Below, piece by piece: positions 25,792 to 41,100 of a DNA stretch of 64,000 bases. Location: the NCBI GenBank assembly GCA_038496445.1, contig JALMLS010000124.1, positions 62,001-126,000 on the forward strand. The letters are read 5' to 3'. Position 1 is the stretch's first letter, and each line of letters starts with the position of its first letter. This DNA is from Trichosphaerium sp. ATCC 40318 (taxonomy: Eukaryota > Protista > Tubulinea). The translations under genes and the position numbers were made by a program. A model generated the notes under the pieces. That model had not been told where the DNA came from, did not search any database, and was given only the letters and a program-made list of their open reading frames with translations.

Positions 25792-28277
25792 ATGGGTCAA
25801 AAGCAAAGCGCTGAAACGAATACAACAGAAAAACTATCAAATGTATTGAATGTAGAAGAGATAAAACAGCTGTCTGCGGTATTTTCGCTTCTTGCTCAGC
25901 AAAGTCAGGAGATAGAGCGCCAGGTTACTGTTACGTCATTTCAGGTGCGTAAACGCGGTGTTAGGCGTACTTTCGATCGAATTCCGCTTGCAAAGTTAAC
26001 AGTATTTTTAGGCATTCCTGGAGCTACCAACACCGCTAGCGGCATTCGGATTTCGATTATCACAATATTTGGGTAAAGTTGCAGAGAATGGCGAAAATAG
26101 TCCTTCATTTTGTCTCAATCACCTCATTGGCGCGTGTGAACAAACATATAAATCTAGCGGAGTCTCAGGACAAATTTCAATGCTAGTCGAACTTTACGCC
26201 GACGTGGATAATAAAATACCACTGTACGCCCTTATACAAGCACTATTATACATTTTAAACAAAAAGTAAATCAAAAACGTTGTTGTTCTCCTTTTATCCT
26301 TCGATTCCATTTTCTCATATCTGTATCTACGGAAAACACTTCTTAAACTATTTTTTTAACGACACTAGCCCGTAAAATCTTAAAACGAACATTTTGATTT
26401 TTTGACAACAAAAAATGTCAACTTTTTTTTACTCCTTGTGCGATCGTAAGTAATATTTTGATTGGTTTATATGATTAAGCATTTACCCTTTAATCTTGCC
26501 TATACTATTGCATTGTTATCGTTGCCGCAAGGAATAAGCATTCGATGATTTTTTAACTGGAAGAAAAAAAAATCAAAAAAAAATTTCGTAACTTTTTTGA
26601 TTTTAAAGTGCTTGTTTGTTTGACACCTTACTTACATTATTTTTTTTATAGAGCTGATGTAAAAAATATGGTTAAAGATGCAATGTTATTATCGTATTAT
26701 AATCTATTATATGAGAAGTTTGCGAAACAAGGGCTAGAGAACATTAAAATTAATAACACTTTGATTGATGGTATTGCTTCTGCTTGTTGTGGTGGAAAGG
26801 ATTCTGCGACTAAAACAGAAGTTATTGATTGGATAGTAGATAAACTACCATCTTTCACAAGGTACCCAATTTTTTGTTTATCTGGATGACACGTGATCGA
26901 ACTGGATTAAATTTTTTTGACGGAAAAAAAAAAACTGTATTTTCAAAAACTTTGCACAAAATGTCATTAGACTGATGAACTAATTTGATGTATAGAGGTA
27001 TTCAACAATTTTTTTACTTGAGGTTATTAACGAGCAGAGAACAAAGAGGAGAGCATGAAATAGCTTGGGTATGCAACGCAATAGAAATCCAAAAAAAAAA
27101 AAAAAAAAATCTTTTACTTTTTTTTGTTCGCTGGTGGGGTGTTATTGACACGGTTTTTATTATAGCTTCCGCCTATCATAAACGGGGAAAAGACAAAGTT
27201 ATTCTCACCTACAATAGTTTGGGCACTATCGAGTTCACTTTATACAAAGGTTGAGAGATGGAAGATGTTGTATTCAACTCATGTTCATGGTTCTAGTCTT
27301 AATAGGCTAAGTAAGCAAGTTGTTGATTATGATGGTCCTTCTGTTGTTATAGTAAGAGATGAAGATCATCATACATTCGGAGCATACTTAACACAAAGTA
27401 CGTCAAAAGCAGAACTTGAAAAACTTTTCTTGGTTTTTTTTTTGCGTTTTCCACATTACGAAGTTTGTTTATTAATTAGTCCCTCTTAGAATGGAAGGCA
27501 TCGAGCGATTTCTATGGTGCTTCTGATAACTTTTTATTCTCGTTATCGCCTACATTTAATATACACCATGCTGTTGAAACTGGCCAAGATAACTATGTTT
27601 ACTTACATAACAACAAAAAATCATTCAGTGGTCATCCTCTCGGTTTAGGCTTTGGTGGAAGTGTTAAATGGTTTAGGTACGCTATTCATCAACTCCCACA
27701 TTATCAATACTTTAATGCACAGCTGAACGCAAAATATTATCACGTGGGTTGTCAGTTGAGCTCTAGAGGAAATCTTCATAAAAAACATGCCTTTTTTTTT
27801 TTGTTTTCCGTTTTGCTGATTAACCAACACACGTGTTCCTTACCGATTTAATTTTTTGTTAATTTATTGATTTATAGGCTATTCTTTGATGACGATCTTG
27901 AAAATGGAATAAATCACGACGTATGTACGACTTACACAAAAGGAATGATGGCAAAAGAAGAAAAGTTTAAAGTAGCTGTCCTTGAAGTATGGGGTTGTGG
28001 TGGAGATGCTGCTGAAGCTACACAAGCTTATCAAAGAGGACTTAAAAAGAAGACAGCAGAACGTGCAAAGAGAGTGAATAAAAAGGCTTTGAACGGTAAC
28101 GGAGACTGGATGAACGGCGGGGATATGTACGCTATTACCTCGTATGATGTAAAAAAAACTGACTTTTTCCTTTACAGGTGGTTGATGGATCTTGTCGGTC
28201 GTACTGGTGGTGCTGAAGCAGCTGGAATAATAGATGAAGAGAGATCAAGGAGAGCAAGAGCGAATGAAGATACATAA
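25792..28277 (+). CDS. Myristoylated TLDc-domain protein (TLDC1/MEAK7-like)
   Basis: MGQ N-terminus; LYSTHVHGSSLNRL..YDGPSVVIVRD..FGAY..FYG..FLFSLSP..NYVYL..GLGFGG..LEVWGCG. Confidence 0.88.
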
Positions 28278-29084
28278 ATGAAACGCTCACTACCACAGTG
28301 CGCATTCTAGCACAATACCTCTAATGTATTTTTTTTGTAAAGTTGCCGAAATTTTAGTACTTTTACGCTAGCCCCTTTACAATGCATCTTTATTCTCTAC
28401 GCTAATACCAACGTTTGAGCTGTAATACCATATTTACTACCTGCTAGTAATTCATTAACTTTGACGTGAAGCACGTGTTGCCAACGTAAGCGCTCTAGTA
28501 CTACAGCACCGGTTCCAAGAAGTAGAACAGTGTGGGCAATTGAAAAATGTTAAGTGAAAATGTGGTACGTATTAGTTATTCGGTTTCGGAATCCTTGTAG
28601 AAAGTGATGTGTTTTGAATTGTTTTTCGGGTTTGCAAACCATGAGAGCTCGAATATCTTTGACTTGATTAAAGCTCCTTCACTGAAAAGTAGTCTTTGCG
28701 TAATACGTCATGATTGTGTACCAACTGAGAATATGGTTCTGTAAGAACGCACCACCTTATGAACAACGTTCAGAATCACCTTATCCTGATTTTCCAATAT
28801 GGAAGACAAGCACTCTCCAAAAAATGTCAAAAAAAAAAAGACAATTATCCGCAACACAACTGTGATTATTATCTGTTTACCAATTCATTCTCAACATAAT
28901 GAACCAATAACATGATGATTTTACGTTTTCGTAAAACAAAAGACCATTACTAATTCTTTAAGGCGGGGTTGTCTCATTCAAAGAAAGGATCAAAGGGATT
29001 TACTCCTTACGAAAATCGAAAAAGAAAACAAGTACAACAACTGATACACAACATCACCTACAAACGTTTCATAACTCATATAAA

Positions 29085-31006
29085 ATGCTTACAACGCTCC
29101 TACATCTCCTCACAGTTGCAATTGTTCTTACGAACATTAACGGACTACCACGTATGTGTGTGACGACCTGTTCAACTTGGTGTACACTAAGTCAGCTCGT
29201 TTTTCGAATATTAGTGAACATTGCCTCCACTAGAACTCATTTTCTTGTTTATAGTTGAGGGTGATACTCTAACGTTCATAACATCGGATATACCATATTA
29301 CGGTGGTACCCAGGAACTTCTATTAGAAAGAAACCTCACAGTATCAAACGAAGTACATCCTACAAGATGTGAAGGAAGAAGATCTACGGCAACAGAGCTT
29401 TTCTGTATCGATATAGATACGACAGGTATTCGCCTACAAATGTATAGATGGCAAGGCACAAATGGTCTTGATACATTTGATTTTATAGTCCAGTTCGATA
29501 GAGCTGATGTCTTCGAACCAAACAGTACGTATCAACAAAAAAAAAACAAAGACAAGTTTCGAACTTTATCTTTTTTTGGTCCTTGTAAGCAACCTCTAAT
29601 TACCTTTATTAGCCCTCACACTAGGAACAACAAACCACAGTAACGCTGGTGGAAACACAGTTTCAAACACTGCAAATAGAGTTGAGTACGATAACTTTAT
29701 TTTTCAATGGTAAAGGTGCTGATTTCTTATTTTCTTAGAATTCGTGCAAATCTGCTATTTGGTGCAAATTCTAGATTATACGTTATGTATATAGACTATC
29801 CAACTCCGCCAACAACTCTTCCACCTACAACATTACCTCCAACTACGTTACCTCCAACGACACTACCTCCAACAACACTTCCACCTACAACATTGCCTCC
29901 AACTACGTTACCTCCCACAACACTTCCACCGACTACTGCCCCTCCAACAACCTTACCTCCAACAACACTTCCACCGACAACGTTACCTCCAACTACGCTA
30001 CCTCCGACAACTCTTCCACCTACAACATTACCTCCAACTACGTTACCTCCAACGACACTACCTCCAACAACTCTTCCACCTACAACATTGCCTCCTACTA
30101 CGTTACCTCCCACAACACTTCCACCGACTACTGTGCCTCCAACAACTCTTCCACCTACAACATTGCCTCCTACAACACTTCCACCTACTACTTTGCCGCC
30201 AACGCTTGCACCTACAACGTTACCTCCAAATACTCCTCCAACCACGGCACATCCAACTACTGCTCCTCCAACTACAGGTGCTCCTACCACAGGTACCTCC
30301 AACAACTCAAGCCCCTACAACAGCGCCTACAACTCTTTCTCCAACTGAACAATCCACCACTACTCTTTCGCCCACCACATCACAACCTACAGTTGTTACT
30401 TCGCCACCAACTCGAGTAACTACTAATCCTCCTACAATCAATCAACCAACAACCGAGGCACCAACACCAACACTCTCTTCAACACAGCCACCTCAAGTAG
30501 GCACAACATCTCCTCCAACACAAGAAAGTACACCAACACAATCAAACCCTACTACAGTCGCACCTACAGTATCAACATTAAATCCAAACGGGACAACAAT
30601 CTCACCCACTGCAAGCGTGTCAACAAGCACAACATACAAAATGACATTGAGTAGAAAACTGACTGAAGAAGAAATTGAACAACTTGCATCTGCGTTACAA
30701 AAGCTTGTCAACTCTGTCAACCCTCCAACCATCGAGGAAGTTCCAAGTTCAAGCAAAAGAAGTATTGAGCAAACTGTAACTTATGCTGCTGTATTTGCTG
30801 GTCAAGACGCTCAACAAGCAAAGCTGTTCTCTGATACACCAAATGCCAATGTTGACATTCAACAAAACATGCAATCTGAAGGTATCACTGCATCTGTTGT
30901 TTCTTTTGAATCAGAAACAACAACAACAAATAACAATACAAGCAATGCTAATAACTTATTGATTTCTATATTGATGATTATCGTTTGTGTACTGACAATG
31001 ATATAA
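29085..31006 (+). CDS. Secreted, probably GPI-anchored mucin-like protein with (PTTLP)n stalk; one frameshift near 30292
   Basis: Signal peptide MLTTLLHLLTVAIVLTNING; about 28 PTTLP repeats; C-terminal domain with KR site and hydrophobic tail LLISILMIIVCVLTMI. Confidence 0.75.
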
Positions 31007-31751
31007 AACGAACCAAACATCGAAATAAAATAAAACTGTATTTAAAGTACAATGTCTCCAGACCGTTACCTATTACTGTTATCGCAAAAGCCTTTTTGCT
31101 TTCATCAATTGTTACTTGAGCGAGTCTCCCAGCTTTTTATGAAAAGACAAAACTGTTGCTATGGAGTAGAGCTATACCGATTGCTTAGTAAGTAGGTGGA
31201 ATAACACAACGTCTGGTAAAAATAAGTAAGCCTGACACGAACTAACCTTTCCTTTCACATTAGTAATTCAAGCACGTGCATGGCGAAGGGCCGCTGGGGT
31301 GGTGATCGAGCCTGTTCTGGTACTTCAATTCATCGTAATGCTTGAATATTTCGCTGTTCAACAACTACAACAACCTAATGGGATGCAGTCTTCTGTCTAC
31401 GAGTTTCGTATTCTTGTGAACAATTCAATATAACAGCAAGACTTACATGTATTCGTATTCCATCTGACCACTTTATAGCTTCTTTCGTTAGTTCTTACGT
31501 TGGTACTTGCTAGCGGACAGTACTTCGCGGAAGATAACGTAGCTTACAAAGAACTAAAGAAGCATCTTAAAAACCTTAACATTCCTGACGATGAAGACGA
31601 AATACACAACGGCAGTCATTCAAACTCTTCTTGCTGTACATCGTTATTTACTAGTTCTCTTTTATTGACAATGTACATGCTAATTGTAGTGATTTTTTTA
31701 TGTATTCTATGGTTACATGTTTGTACAGTGACTAGAAGAAATTATTGTCTA

Positions 31752-33337
31752 AAACGCATGTGACACTTTGTCAAGAAAATTGTGTACAACTAACAGTTTA
31801 ACCATAGGAATAAATATAGTCTGTATCTGAACTTCTAGGTAATGGTATCCCATTGGTATATCTAAGATCTGAGGAAGATGGATACGAAGACACATCTGTA
31901 AATAAAAATTACCAAGGTTAACTCATAGACACACGTGGACAAGAAAAAAAATATTGAAAGTAAAAAAAAAAAACTAAAAATACTTACCTGCTGATGGGAC
32001 ATCTTTATGTCGTGACCACAATCCTTGAGCGAATATAACAGCATTGATTAATGGGAATATCAAGTGAGGTAGAGATTGAATGACACGATAAGCAAAAGGC
32101 TAAAAAAACCAAAATCAATACAAGGGATCAAAAAAACTTTTCTTGAAATGTTTGTTCGTACAAGCGTGTATTCCTCTGCTTTTAGTACATTGGAGTGTAT
32201 TAAGACATATACGAATACTGCACCTGATCCTACATAACTTAATAGGAACGCAATAGGATATCCTACGAGCTTGAAAACAAGAGGTACAATAACTGTTTTG
32301 CTTATATTGACATTCATCCCTTGCTAAATTGGCATCAACACACTACTTGTTTCTAAAAGTACTTTCTTATTGGCTTAAATATCTGTACCAGAACAAGAGT
32401 AATCAACTTATTAAAGAAATCTGTACCCTGAAGTTTATCACCCAGAATAAATGATAAAAAGATAAAAAGTTGAGTATAAGAACTACAATGAAACTGATAG
32501 AGAAAGGAATTATAGACACAAGCCCGAAGAACCTAAGAAAATCACCCTTTGAGTGAGTAGAAAACAAGTTATTATAATTGAAACGAACATTTTGTCAGCA
32601 GTTGCCAACTCTTCCTTCCTGTGCTTCATGAAGCACCTTTTAAAATCAATATGCGTCAAAAACAGTACGCCTGAAATAATTAATTACGTACCCACCTGAA
32701 GGCTCTCTTCCGTATGTCCGCGTTGAATAGGGTAGAGTTGCCAATACCAACGGTAAAACAAATACGAATACCAAGATTTGAAACTCAACAGAAGCTAAAC
32801 TTTTTCTGTTTTTCAAAAAGACAATTAACACGTGATTTTTTTTAAAAGTGTTCCAAAAAAACGTTGTAGTTACGTACCCGAACTTTAGGCGATAGAATAA
32901 ACTAGACGAAATAACCATCATAAACAAAAAAACAGACACATGCGTAAAAGCCATCAAGAAGCCAGCAAGAGAACAAAGCACTTCTAAAACAAACGATTAA
33001 ACTACACACAAAACGATTTTCAAAAAAAAAAACAATTCCAAAATAACAGACTGTTGATGGCCAACAACCTCCTTACTGAGGAAATGATAATTCTAAGCGT
33101 ACTTATATTATGTAAAGAGGAAATTCCGAATATTATTTCAGTTAGCGATACATTCCAGTCTATGATAGACAAATAAAGAAGTAATCGCGTCGAGAATACT
33201 TTCAAGTCGCGATAAATATAAATACAAAGAAACATCCAAGTTGACGCTATCAAAGCAACCATTGCAATAACAACAGTACTACAGTGTAGTAATTCATTCT
33301 TTGTAAGTTCTCTTTTGAATAGATCACCACTGTACAT
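31752..33337 (-). CDS. cAMP-receptor-like (cAR/Git3 family) GPCR
   Basis: TRLLLYLSIID, LCSLAGFL, LPLVLATLPYSTRTYG..GGWCF, KLVGYPIAFLLSY; 3' end uncertain. Confidence 0.78.
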
Positions 33338-34124
33338 CGTAAACGAGAAAACAATCAAAAAAACTTAAGTGACTTTTCGAAAACTTTTTTGGTCACGTGT
33401 TTGTGCTTTATTCTTTTTCAACAATTTTACTGAGAATTACATGTACAACTTAGCAGTTGATCACTTAAAGGTATTTATTGTTGTTCATTGGTGTGTCTAA
33501 ATGAACAAAGAAAAGTATCTACAGTGTTGACAATTTTATGGTTTTTTTCGAAGACAGGTAGTTTGCCTAGGTAACAAAAACTACCAGTGTGGCGTTGCAC
33601 CCAGCGCAATTACAGCAGCTTGTGTACACTTCGTGTTGAATACAATTATTCTAAAACGTTTAGCGATACGTATACAACGTTATCATGGCGCCCGTTAACG
33701 TTTCATCGACATTGGTAGTCTGCTTAGCTAAGTTGCTACAAGCTAATTCAACTATTCAGTGAATCTACACATTCTCGTTACTTAGACCAATTATTTCAGC
33801 TTTAAATTGGTGTGGGTTACCACCATTGGTGGAAGTTGAAACATTTAAAATTTCTAGTTCGTGTTTGCCTGAATCACTACATTCTTTCAAACAATTAATG
33901 GTTTTATTTCTCAATGTACAATTGTGGTTTTTAAAGCAGAACGAAAAAAAAAAGGCACTGTAGAGTAGAAGAGTGTATGCAAGATCCTGTTCAAATAGCA
34001 TCCAAACGATGACTGCGTTCTGCAAGCTCTTATTACTACACAGAGGCCTCTTTTTTTTCTTTTGTTTTTTTTCAAAAGAAGTTATTCCAAAACACGACGG
34101 ATGGATAACTCTTTTTCAAGTGTT

Positions 34125-37100
34125 TTACAATGGAACAAGTATTGTTGTGTCCAATTGGTTCGATGATATACCTCCCCGTGGTGGATACATATTTAACACA
34201 ACATCTGGAACTGCATCTGGAGCGAACCTATTCAAACACAATTAAAAATCATAAACAATACAAACAGTTTTGGTAAGGGCGTACTGGTCGGGGTGAAAGT
34301 TCTCTAAGAGTAATCCTATCTGTTCCTTGGTAATACCAGGGAATATATCATTCATAACATCATCTGAAGCAAAGATAGACTTGTCTACAAGCAAAAAATA
34401 AGCAAAACATTCATACAACAAACAGAAGCATTTAAAACAAAATGCGCCAGCTTACCAATCACTAGTACGTTAGCTGCTTGACTGCATAAATCAAATCCAC
34501 GTCTAGGAGTAAAGTAAATAAAGATAAGATAAGATAACACGTGTATAAATAAGTACCTGACGTATGGTACAAGCTTTGCATTGCATTTAGCTGCCCATTC
34601 TTCTAATTGAGACATAGCCATCTTAATTGCAAAACCAACACCTGCAGTGCATACTACTTGACCCTAGTAATAAAAAAATAAATAAAACCATAACCGAAAA
34701 CACAAGGGAGACTCTTGAGGAAAGAAAGGAAAAAAAAACAACCAACTCAAAGGTTATCACAAAGTGGCATTTTGGGAAGATGATGGTCTCTTGTACTTAC
34801 CCTGATGAGTGCGTTGAAGACGTTTACGTTTACACCGTAAACTACTTGAGCCATGATATGAAGGACAATACAATTAGGTAGTTGCAGACTCATGAGAGTC
34901 TTATGGATTGATGTGAGGTCATTCAATAAATCTTTAAGTTGGAACTTATCCTTTGATGCCTCTCCCAATTGAGCACTGAATATAGCGTTACTAATACTAT
35001 CACTACCCTTTTGTAAACTACGGAATGCAGCATCACATAGATGAGCATATATAGCATTAATATGAGCTGAAAGTACAGTCAAGAAAGCTCCATTCTCAAG
35101 TGTCCAACTAAGCAAGAAAAATAAGTTTTCGAAAACCTTGAAAAAAAAACCAAGTCGTACGCTTCCTTGTTTTTGGCGTCTACTGAAGACTCGAATAGTA
35201 GCTTAATGCCTTTCTTAGATATAGCATCATGAGGATCAGTCACAGCGCTATCATGAACATCAATAAGCCAAGACAATAAGCGAGCGATTATAGAAACACT
35301 TTGTGTACTAGCATTCTAAAAACCATAAGATCCAAAAACCAAAACAAACCAAAAACCGTACAGCATAAACGTATTGTAGAGACGCGAAAAAGTGAGCAAT
35401 GTGAGGGTTCGAAATAGATGGATTATCTGCAATACATTGAACCAAGACAGGTCTATCACGAGACATAGCCATGAGCTCTCTGTCAACAGCAGATGTAGTC
35501 TCAGTATCCTATTTAAAAAATCAACTTTTCTTGTTAAAACACAAAAACAAACTTACGGAAAGCTGAGCTTTTAGTTTTTTTAGCTCTTGAGATGCTCCTT
35601 CAGCAGCCATCTTTCTATGACGTCTCTCTGCAGCTTCTAGCCCTTCTTTCATATACGAAGCTTGATCTCTAGCCTCTTCAAGGTCCTTCTTCAAAGCAGC
35701 TTCGGACTTGTCTTTTGTTTTCAATTGTCTAGTCAAAGATAGAATGATGCTATCCTTCTCTTCCAAATTAACATTAAGGTTCCTTGCGCTCTGCTTTGAT
35801 ACGCTAACACTATGTAACTCTTTCTTTGCATCAGTAAGCTTATGTGTAAGTAGCTTATTCTCCAACTGTGCTGCTCGTAATTCATCTTTTACTTCAGTAA
35901 GTTGAGCTTGAACTTTAGATACTTTTGTTTTCGTTGAACTCTTATCATTAAGCTGGCTTTGTAGCTTCTTAATATTCTCCTTTTGTTCTTCAATATACTT
36001 AGCATCGCCAGCAGTTTGTATCTGGGCTAATTTAAGCTCTGAATTCTTCGTTTTAAGAGCTTCTTCAAGCACAGCAAGTTTTCTTTGTAGTCGACTTTTA
36101 TCATCCTTAACACGTGTTATTTCTTCTGCAAGACTTCCTACACTTTCACTGTCTACAACCCTAAAGAATAATATAAGATACTTGATGATAATTACCAATA
36201 AAATTAGTTCGATTAAGAACTTACGCTGAGCGAGCGGTAAGACCACCAGAAGTCTCCATTTCATTGATTTCTGGCATATGATTAGCTTCATCCTCTTCTG
36301 AGAGGTACAAATCCTCTTCAACGTTTATATCGACATCAGAATTTGTAATTTCAGTTTCGGAGAAACCTACGCAAAAAAAACACCTGTAAGAAAAAAAACC
36401 TCCAACTCAATCGAAAGTATAGTACCATCTATTTCAGTTACAAGATGATAATCTTCACCATCTATCTGAAACCCATCAGTGACAGTATTCTCAGACATTT
36501 CTTCTTCCTACACAACGTTGAGTACCCACAATCGAGAAAATACTGCACGTCTATCACAATCCCACAAAAAAAAAAAAAAGCAAACAGTGCACAAGTTAAA
36601 AACTGCTCAGGTATAAAAGTACACGTACTGTGTTACCACCTGTTGAATGTCTCGACTTTCTTGGTTTCTTTTTTGGTTTATCACCTTTAAAGTCAGGATT
36701 CTCATCAAAAGGGTTTGTAGAATCTCCTGCGTCTACAAGAGATATAGAAGGAACAGAGGGATCTTTTTTAACGTCATCGTCAGCAACGGATTCCGTAACT
36801 TTACTACGCCTCTTATGCTTCTTGTGGCCTCTTAATAGTGGCGTAAGCGACGTTTAAAAATTCGTGAAAAGGGAACAACGCTATTTAGTTGTAGCGCATC
36901 AAAAAACGCTGTAGTACGTACTTTACGACTTTTTTACCGCCAACTGAGCGCCATTCAGCCTCTATTTTAAAACTAAGCTTTGGTCCGTCCTTTCCACGCT
37001 TCGTTTGCAAAAATATACTCTGTTCTGTATTAAATTCACCAGGTTTAGAGAATTTAGCGAGGTCTAGGAGATGTTATTTTAGCTGAAGGTTTTTTTTTTG

Positions 37101-37589
37101 ATTTTGAATAAAAAACTACAAATAGAATCAATCTGTCAGTAGGAATTAGATACACTACAGTAGATTTTTTTTAAGCGTTTATGAGGGTTTTTTTTTTTTT
37201 TTTCAAAACAGTTACCTATTGGTTTTAACCCTACAACCACCTCCTTTTTGCCTTTTATGTTCTCCTATGGTTGTTTAGATGACATTGGCGTTATTTGGCG
37301 TTGAACGTACCGCAACGACAGACACAACAAGTAGTTTTGATTTAAACTCATGGTGTTTTTCTTGCTTCAGGCGAGCTGTGAAGCGTAGTACGCTGTTTTC
37401 AAATAAAGTTGGAGCGTCACCCGCTATAACTGTTACTGCTTCTGAATCGCCTTTAACAAGCGGTTTCCATCCTCCTTGCCACCTTACTTTCACCGGATGA
37501 TCCTTCACAGCCTTTGGTAGTCTTTCGACGCTCTTGAAGGTTATCGTATAACCAACCTTTACTTTCTTATGCCGCCGTGGAAGGTGCAT
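34125..37589 (-). CDS. NT-C2 + coiled-coil + DIL (Dilute) domain protein
   Basis: N-terminal basic beta-rich segment (VKVRWQGG..KLLVVSV); coiled coil; QVVYGVNVNVFNALI, GFAIKMAMSQLEEW, SQAANVLVI, LLENFHPDQF. Confidence 0.8.
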
Positions 37590-38130
37590 CAGGCTGTTTA
37601 ATGCTAAGTATGGTGTAAGATAGTGCTATCACTTAGCTTAATCACTTGACGATTCTCTATCTATGGAGAATATAGAAGCGACGCGGAAAACAGTATTCTG
37701 AAGACTTGGTTTTGTTTTATCAGTTTTTGGTTGTTTTCCCGTTTTACGAACATTCAAAGTTGTTATTATATGCACGTACATGATCCTCGGCTTCTTCTCT
37801 TCATGCTTTGATCACTTGTTCTAAAAAAGGCGTTGTTATTTTTGAACAGTCTTCAAACTGAACCGACACAAAGGCGGTTCACCTTGCAAATACTATAAAA
37901 CATAGCATGCGTTTGTGTCTAGCCACAGTGCGTACCTTCTACTGGTTCATAACCTTTAAGTTACCAAACAAGGCTATTTAATGTTTAATGTATGCAACTA
38001 GAATGATGTTGCAACTATGCTAGAACTACAAACTTCATGGCGCTATTAAGCGTGGGAAGACTTAAAATAGTTGTTTTCTGAAGTGCAACGTGTCGGCATG
38101 TTAGTCTAAATTGGCTAAGGCTATTGTAAA

Positions 38131-41100
38131 ATGGAAAAGAGCAACGAAACAAATGTATGCGGTTTAAAAAGCTTCATTCCGTTTATTTTATTTTTTAAGG
38201 CACCTCCAACGCTCGTAGAAGACTTGCTTCCGTATATAGAGGACGATTTGAGCTCAGAAAACTTGTTAGAATCGTTGCAATCTCAAATTGATGACACAAA
38301 GGTGCGACGTCAACCAACAGAATATAGGGTTCGTTAAAAACATATTTCCTAGTCTCAAATATACAAAACTGTTAATGCGCACTACAACCAATTCTTTGGC
38401 ACTCTAGAATGGATCTCAAACGTAGACAGCGATATCACAAGCATTTGCCAGCAGCTCCAAACAGTAGTAACTCAAGCAGGCACAAATGACGTACGACGCC
38501 CTAAAAAGATACGTACCTAACGTTGATATCATAATTAGGGCGGTATCATAAAATCAGCACTTGACGCGACAGAAAAACGCCAAGCGCTTCTAGAACAGTC
38601 TAAATCCAAGCAACATCTAATATCTTGTTTAAAGGGATTAGAAAAGGTACTATTTAACCACGTGGCACGCCAAAAAACCGTTTTCTAAAAAGTTTTAGGT
38701 TGACAAGGCTTTAAACGGTTTTGAAGACGCCTTGAGCCGTGATTACTTCTCAAAGGCTACTAATCACCTTGCAGAAGCTGGTGCGCAACTTAGAAACATA
38801 GAGACGTTGCTACCTGGGAAGAAACCAAAGATCTTTAGGATGCTTTCAGTAAGTTTTTAATGTTTTGATTCGTTAGCTCATAGTGACTGATTAAAATTGT
38901 TTTACTTCTTGGAAACTACTTTTCGTGATGCATTATGTATGTTTATCAAGGGTTATTAAGAGTTCCTTAGGGTAGATTCAATAAAAAGAAAGAAAAAGTG
39001 AGAGTAAGATTATTCAAAATATTCAAAGCAAGCGTTGACTTTTCAGCAAAAGGAGTTGTTGTTAAGAAGCTTATAAAAGGTATTATATTATTATTAGCAT
39101 GTCATTACTTTACCTTACTCAATAATTATTAGACGTTGGATATCAAGGCATCAGATTGAAGTTACTTTGTAAAGTAATGAAGGAGGTACGGGTTAACAAT
39201 TTTTCCGTCACTGTGTTCAATAAAATGAACACAAACTGTGTTACAACGCTCCAAAAAATGTTTTATAAATTAAGATTACGAACAAAGACATTTTAACGCC
39301 TTGCACGTGCTGCTTTTTTAACATCTTGAATTGCAAGTCAAGTGTCAAAACAATAAAATTTCATTTTGTTTTTTGGAACAAAAAACAAGTGTAACTTACT
39401 TCCATGTGTTATTTACTTATATCAATCGCTCAGGTTGGTATTATAAATGAAGCCATAGAAAAGCTAGCTGCGACATGTTTGGAGTTTATTAGTGTTGCAA
39501 TTCCAACGCTTAGTGAAACATCAAAAGCAGTTACAAAAGTTGGTGTAGATACAGCAAATCTTGGTTTTAAAAAGCTAACAAAACCTCCTGACACACCACC
39601 TTCACGTTCTGGTATGCACATACTTAATTCAACTCAATTCAAATATTTTGTATGGAACCTAAAATGAACTAAATGAATTGTTGTAGGTGCTGTGTTTAAG
39701 AACATTCTAACATTTTTGCGCTTTATTGTTGATAATGTCTTTGACAATGATCAAGCGCTATTAGCAATTCTGGTAGATAAATTAGAGAAAGACCTACACA
39801 ACACACTTATACAAGGTAAACTAGCGCTCTGTGACTGCACAATATCAAACCGTATTTAATACTATTTTTTTTTAAACACTTTTTTTTTCTTCACTAAACT
39901 AACTCTGGTTAGGTTGTCTCGAAAAATTTATTCCCAACCATTGTAGCCAACTGAAAGATTACCAAGCGATTGCGAAACTTGCTATAAAATTCGAGGCTGA
40001 CCTAAGCACAGCAGGTAACGATATTTCCATCATTTACATGAACGTAATATACTAACTTAACATAGGTATTAAGCTAGCTAATCCAGTTGCACTCTCGACG
40101 TATGCTAAAAACGTTGACACTCACTTTGCTGAAAAAAAGACAAATGGTATACTGGAGAGAGCCAGGGCTCTTTCACTTCAAGAAGACCTCTCAACACAGA
40201 CTTTCTCTGCAGCTACAATTCATGGTATACACATTAACTTTTTGTTGTTGAAGTTGACTTATTTTTTCTTTAGAGCCAGTTATAAATGCCCCAAAGACGT
40301 CTTTACGACATGGACGGTTATCTTCGAGAAGCTTCTTTGCTACTCAAGATTGGGTGGTATCTACACGTGCTATAGACCTAATAAAACTTGCCGAAGAAAC
40401 ACTTGAGGAGGCAACAGAGGTAAGGTTTTCGTCTAATACTCTTCATTGTTGACAGTATGTTAGGCAACTGAAGAATGTGCTACGAAAATGTATGAAAGTA
40501 TAAGAGACGCATTAGATATGTTCAGAGCTGTAATGCCGGTATGGCTCAGCACTGTGACGGAATGAACTAACTCGTGGTTTTTTTCCAGGTTTTTCATGGG
40601 TATAACCTTGAAAACAGCGCCAGAGTCCCTGTCATTTTTCATAATGACTGTATGTATATTTCCCACTTTCTCATAACTCTAGGACATAAATATGCTCCCA
40701 GGTACACCAACATAAAGCGTTTAAAACAAACAAAAGAAATAACTCATTTTTTTTTAGACTTCCAGGCACACTTTTTGATAGAGCAACTTTTATTGATATG
40801 GCACCCATCTTCAGGGATCTAGGACAAAGTCATTTGACAGCACAACTAGTATGTCTATACTAGGAAGTTATACTTAAGTATTTGGTGAATTTGAACAAAA
40901 ATACTTGCAAACTTCTAGAATTCCAGTTTTTTACTGATAGTACTTTTCTTTTTTCTCAAAACAGAGATTTACTTATGTTATACTTAGATGAAGCGTAAAA
41001 AAGATCACTTGGATTGGCTTCGTGAGTGTAACTCATTACGGGATACACATCGTAAGAATTGCTTTGTACGGGCTGAAAACGCTATAGAAAAGATAAGACT

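Noticed and set aside
29796-30305. Minus-strand (VVGG)n ORF
   Set aside because: Antisense shadow of the PTTLP repeat
31161-31763. Possible gene with hydrophobic C-terminus
   Set aside because: Could not build a consistent spliced frame or assign a family
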